A stretch of 64,000 nt of DNA. It comes from an uncultured Aliarcobacter sp. GTDB lineage: Bacteria; Campylobacterota; Campylobacteria; Campylobacterales; Arcobacteraceae. Where the stretch lies: positions 640,001 through 704,000 of the forward strand of contig CAXXLV010000002.1 of assembly GCA_963664305.2 (NCBI GenBank). The letters run 5' to 3'. Positions within the stretch are counted from its first letter, which is position 1; every line of letters begins with the position of its first letter. The position numbers and the translations under genes are program-made. Below are positions 60,308-64,000 of the stretch, one piece after another. The notes beneath the pieces were generated by a model, which saw nothing but the letters and a program-made list of their open reading frames with translations, was not told where the DNA came from and searched no databases.

Positions 60308-62059
60308 ATGTTACAAAAGTTACTTTTACCATTTTTATTATTGATTTTCGCATATGTTGTCATCTCTTTAGAAAACTTTACAGTTATTCTAAGTGGTATT
60401 GCCATTTTTCTAATTGGAATGATGTTCATGCAAGATGGATTTAAACTTCTATCTGGTGGAATTTTAGAAAAATTACTTCAAAAATTTACAAGTAATATAT
60501 TTTATTCTATATTAACAGGTTTCTTATCAACAACATTTGTACAAAGTTCTTCTATCATCTCTTTAGTTGTAATCTCTTTTTTATCTGTTGAACTTTTAAC
60601 TTTAATCCAAGGAATTGGAATACTTTTTGGTTCAAATTTAGGAAGTACAACAACAGCTTGGATAATTTCTAGTTTAGGTTTTGATGTAAAAATTTCAGCT
60701 TATGCAATGCCTATGATTTTATTTGGAGTGATTTTAAGATTTATAAAAAACAATGCATATAAAGGTTTAGGAAATGTGCTTTTAGGTTTAGGTTTTGTTT
60801 TTCTTGGAATTGCTTATATGAAAGAAGGTTTTGAAACTCTAAAAAACTCTATTGATTTAGCTTCTTTTGCTATGGAAGGAGCTTTAGGGATAATTATTTA
60901 TTTAATTGTTGGAGCAATTGCAACTGTAATTATCCAATCAAGTGCAGCTACAATCGCTATTATTATTACAGCATTAAGTGCTGGAAGTATTATTTATATA
61001 AACGCTTTAGCACTTGTTATTGGAGCAAATATTGGTACAACATTTACAGCCATTTTAGCTTCACTTGCTTCTAATGAAAATGGAAAAAGAGTTGCATTTG
61101 CTCACTTTTTATTTAATATTATTACTGGTTTGATTATTACAATTTTTATTTATTCATTTAAAGATTTTGTTGATTATTTAGCACCATATTTTGGAATAAG
61201 TGAAGAAAACTATAGTATGAAATTGGCTTTATTCCATACTTTATTTAGTTTAATTGGTATTATTTTATTAACTCCATTTGTAAATCAAATAGTAAATTTA
61301 TCTCAAAAACTAATCAAAAAAAAGGTATCAGCACTATCAAAACCAAAATATCTTTTAGATGCAAATTTAACTATTCCAGAAACAGCTATTGTTTCAATTA
61401 AAAAAGAGACTATAAACCTATATGAAAATTGTCAAAAAGCGATGTTACATGCTTTAAATTTACATACAACAAATTTAAAGACAAAAGAAGATTTAAAACT
61501 ACAAATTTCAAAAGAAGTTTCAAAAATAGATACAAATATTGATGAAATTTATCAAACTAATCTAAAAAATCTTTATAGTGAAATTATAAAATTCTCTTCA
61601 TTTGCTCAAGAAAATATGAGCAGTTCTCAACAAAGAGAAGTTGCAGATATAAAAAGATGTGCAAAATTAATTGTTGAAGTTTTAAAAGATACAAGAGATA
61701 TTCAAAAAAATGTAAATTTTTATTTAAAAAGTAGAAATGAATATATAAAAGAAGAGTATAATCTATTAAGAGAAGAATTAGCTACTATTTTAATTGATAT
61801 AAATTTACTTGATAGTCAAGAAACAGAGCTTGAAAAACTTACTCAATTAGAAGTGATAAAATCAACCCTACAAACTAATGACTTATCAAATTCAGGGAAA
61901 ATCGATGCTTTGATTAGAGAAGATAAAATCAAAGCAACAATGGCAACTTCACTTATCAATGATAGTGCAACTGTTTATTCTATTCAAAAAAAACTTGTTG
62001 AAATGGCAAGTATATTGTTTTTTAACAATACACTACTAAAAGAGATAGGAAACAAATAA
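60308..62059 (+). CDS. Na+/Pi cotransporter family protein
   Basis: QSSS...GSNLGST and QSSAA...GANIGTT repeats; PhoU-like C-terminus. Confidence 0.92.
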   Translation: MLQKLLLPFLLLIFAYVVISLENFTVILSGIAIFLIGMMFMQDGFKLLSGGILEKLLQKFTSNIFYSILTGFLSTTFVQSSSIISLVVISFLSVELLTLIQGIGILFGSNLGSTTTAWIISSLGFDVKISAYAMPMILFGVILRFIKNNAYKGLGNVLLGLGFVFLGIAYMKEGFETLKNSIDLASFAMEGALGIIIYLIVGAIATVIIQSSAATIAIIITALSAGSIIYINALALVIGANIGTTFTAILASLASNENGKRVAFAHFLFNIITGLIITIFIYSFKDFVDYLAPYFGISEENYSMKLALFHTLFSLIGIILLTPFVNQIVNLSQKLIKKKVSALSKPKYLLDANLTIPETAIVSIKKETINLYENCQKAMLHALNLHTTNLKTKEDLKLQISKEVSKIDTNIDEIYQTNLKNLYSEIIKFSSFAQENMSSSQQREVADIKRCAKLIVEVLKDTRDIQKNVNFYLKSRNEYIKEEYNLLREELATILIDINLLDSQETELEKLTQLEVIKSTLQTNDLSNSGKIDALIREDKIKATMATSLINDSATVYSIQKKLVEMASILFFNNTLLKEIGNK

Positions 62060-62060
62060 T

Positions 62061-62288
62061 ATGAACTTAGATAAAATCGTTTCAAAAATAAAAAAATATT
62101 TAAAAAAAGATAGTTTAGATGAATCAAAACAAGAAAAAGTAGAAGAGATAATTGAAAAATTATCTCAAAAAAAAGCTAAACTAAAAAAAGAGATAAAAGA
62201 AGCTAAAAAAGATTCAGAAAAAGAGAAGCTTCAAAAAGAGCTTGAAGCTGTAATAAAACTTATTGAAAAAAGTAATTCTCTTATTTAA
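62061..62288 (+). CDS. Small Lys/Glu-rich hypothetical protein
   Basis: Starts 1 nt after the Na/Pi gene; AGGA SD; coiled-coil character. Confidence 0.65.
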   Translation: MNLDKIVSKIKKYLKKDSLDESKQEKVEEIIEKLSQKKAKLKKEIKEAKKDSEKEKLQKELEAVIKLIEKSNSLI

Positions 62289-62745
62289 AATCTTTAAAAT
62301 TTTGTCTTAATGCTTCATAAGCTACTATTGAAACAGAGTTTGCAATATTTAAACTTCTTGCATCATTTGTCATAGGAATTGTAATACAAGTTTTTGGACT
62401 TTTTTCTAATAAAGAAACTGGAAGTCCAGCATCTTCTCTTCCAAAATATATATAATCCCCTACTTTATATTCAACATCAAAATATAACTGTTTTGTTTTT
62501 GTAGTTGCTAAAAAGTGTCTATCATTAAAAGGATTTTTTGACCAAAAGTCTTCAATATTTTCATACTCTCTAACATCTAAATCAAACCAATAATCAAGTC
62601 CAGCACGACGTACTTCTTTTTCAGTAATTTCACCAAAACCATAAGGTTTGATAAGATGTAAAGTACAATTCATAGCAAAGGCAAGTCTTCCAATAGTTCC
62701 TACATTTCCAGGAATTCGTGGTTCTAATAAAACTAGATTAAACAT
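62281..62745 (-). CDS. trmL: tRNA (cytidine/uridine-34)-2'-O-methyltransferase
   Basis: PRIPGNVG, RRAGLDYW, FGREDAGL, RSLNIANS. Confidence 0.93.
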   Translation of the reverse strand: MFNLVLLEPRIPGNVGTIGRLAFAMNCTLHLIKPYGFGEITEKEVRRAGLDYWFDLDVREYENIEDFWSKNPFNDRHFLATTKTKQLYFDVEYKVGDYIYFGREDAGLPVSLLEKSPKTCITIPMTNDARSLNIANSVSIVAYEALRQNFKDFK

Positions 62746-63578
62746 TATAAAATTACCGTTTTGTTTCCATGAACAAAAACTCTATCATGTAAGAGTAGTT
62801 CAAATGCATTTGATAAAACGATTTTTTCAACATTTCTTCCTGCATTTCTCATATCTTCCCAAGAGTAACTGTGGTCAACTCTTACAACATCTTGGAAAAT
62901 AATTGGACCTTCATCTAAATCATTTGTTACATAATGAGCAGTTGCTCCAATAATTTTAACACCTCTTTCATGTGCTTGTTTATATGGATTTGCTCCAATA
63001 AATGCTGGTAAGAATGAATGATGAATATTTAAAACTTTTTTAGGGAATGTTTCTACAAATTTTGGAGTTAAAATTCTCATATATTTTGCAAGAACAATTA
63101 ATTCAGGCTCAAACTCTTGAATTTTTGCAATCATTTTATCTTCGTGCTCTTCTCTTGACATACCTTCTGCACTAATACAAGTAAATGGAATATTGAATTT
63201 TTCTACTAACTCTTTCAAGTGGTCATGATTTGCAATAACTGCTTTTATATTTGCGTTTAATTCTCCAGCAATATATCTAATTAATAAATCACCTAAAACG
63301 TGAGACTCTTTTGTTGCTAAAATAACAACATCTTTTTTCTCTTTTTTATTTAATTTAATTGAAGCACCTGCTGGTAAAACTTCTGTTAGTTCTTTTAGTA
63401 AGATGTTTTTTGAAACTTTTCCAGAGATTATACTTCTCATAAAAAATTTTTTAGTTTCTTGGTCAACATATTCAGCATTTTGTTCTATATTTAAATTATT
63501 TGCAAAAAGAACTTTTGAAATGTTGTAAACCAAACCTTTTGAATCTTCTGTATCAATTAACAGTATATACTCTTCCAT
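62745..63578 (-). CDS. purU: Formyltetrahydrofolate deformylase
   Basis: ACT domain; LAKYMRIL, NIHHSFLPAFIGANPY, GATAHYV..DLDEGPII; ATG 63578 with AGGA SD. Confidence 0.96.
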   Translation of the reverse strand: MEEYILLIDTEDSKGLVYNISKVLFANNLNIEQNAEYVDQETKKFFMRSIISGKVSKNILLKELTEVLPAGASIKLNKKEKKDVVILATKESHVLGDLLIRYIAGELNANIKAVIANHDHLKELVEKFNIPFTCISAEGMSREEHEDKMIAKIQEFEPELIVLAKYMRILTPKFVETFPKKVLNIHHSFLPAFIGANPYKQAHERGVKIIGATAHYVTNDLDEGPIIFQDVVRVDHSYSWEDMRNAGRNVEKIVLSNAFELLLHDRVFVHGNKTVIL

Positions 63579-63590
63579 ATTCGTCCTATG

Positions 63591-63624
63591 ATTATTCAAG
63601 CTTAATTTTTAAAGCTTGAATAAT
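63591..63624. other. 13-bp inverted repeat upstream of purU
   Basis: ATTATTCAAGCTT-N8-AAGCTTGAATAAT. Confidence 0.6.
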
Positions 63625-63655
63625 ACCATTTTATAAATTAATAGATAATTTTAAG

Positions 63656-64000
63656 TTATAACATAGAAGCCAATTTTTCTCTATATTTCACTAAATCAAA
63701 CTCTTTTACTCTTGCTACACCTGTTTCAACTGCACTATTTGCAACAGCAGATGAAACTTCAACCATCAATCTCTTATCAAATGGAATTGGAATGATATAC
63801 TCTCTTCCATATGATAAATCACCAAATGAAGCTTTTAACTCTTCTGTTATTGGCTCTTTAGCTAAATTTGCAATTGCCTTAGCTGCTGCCATTTTCATTG
63901 GCATATTTATTTTTCTTGCTTGAACATCAAGTGCACCTCTAAAAATAAAAGGGAACCCTAAAACATTGTTTACTTGGTTAGCATAATCTGAACGACCAGT
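63656..64000 (-). CDS. Malic enzyme, C-terminal part (enters from outside window)
   Basis: Minus-strand frame TGRSDYANQVNNVLGFPFIFRGALDV...MKMAAA...YIIPIPFD. Confidence 0.92.
   Translation of the reverse strand, partial: TGRSDYANQVNNVLGFPFIFRGALDVQARKINMPMKMAAAKAIANLAKEPITEELKASFGDLSYGREYIIPIPFDKRLMVEVSSAVANSAVETGVARVKEFDLVKYREKLASML

Noticed and set aside
1014..62902. Many short ORF-track entries antisense to or inside larger genes (e.g. 1014..1295, 4700..4939, 9813..10130, 26705..27013, 35362..35706, 36993..37355, 41375..41635, 60037..60429)
   Set aside because: They lie opposite well-supported genes and show antisense-shadow composition with no motifs
1..64000. CRISPR array, tRNA/rRNA genes, transposase or integrase
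   Set aside because: No regularly spaced repeats, no GC-rich structural RNA blocks and no such protein motifs were seen

Overview
Very AT-rich, gene-dense chromosomal window. Gene content and protein style point to Campylobacterota, most likely Arcobacter/Aliarcobacter (inference). No rRNA, tRNA, CRISPR array, transposase or integrase was recognised. Much of it is housekeeping or metabolic: ttcA, moeA, rmuC, aat, rlmF, sbcCD, cydAB, trmL, purU, two chemoreceptors and a two-component pair. It also carries a cobalamin-type uptake operon and a second TonB system. The most interesting signals are missing from the ORF track. (1) A self-promoted, translationally coupled three-gene cassette (4-TM protein, 51-aa 1-TM microprotein, 285-aa soluble protein) lies between sbcCD and an MNT-HEPN toxin-antitoxin pair and is a candidate uncharacterised defence module. 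(2) A ~116-nt sRNA candidate at 28596-28711 has a promoter, two C/U-rich loops and a terminator. (3) A 59-codon leader ORF upstream of btuB contains fragments of a cobalamin riboswitch. (4) A DUF134 regulator faces paired TTGACATATGTTCA boxes over the cydAB promoter; the operon also has an unannotated 33-aa membrane microprotein, and a collapsed fossil of a second cyd operon lies upstream. (5) A cluster encodes TsoY-like, DsrE, peroxiredoxin, TonB-receptor and membrane-ferredoxin proteins. (6) Two genes appear to start at non-canonical ATC and ATA codons. Family assignments come from motif recognition and memory, not from database searches.
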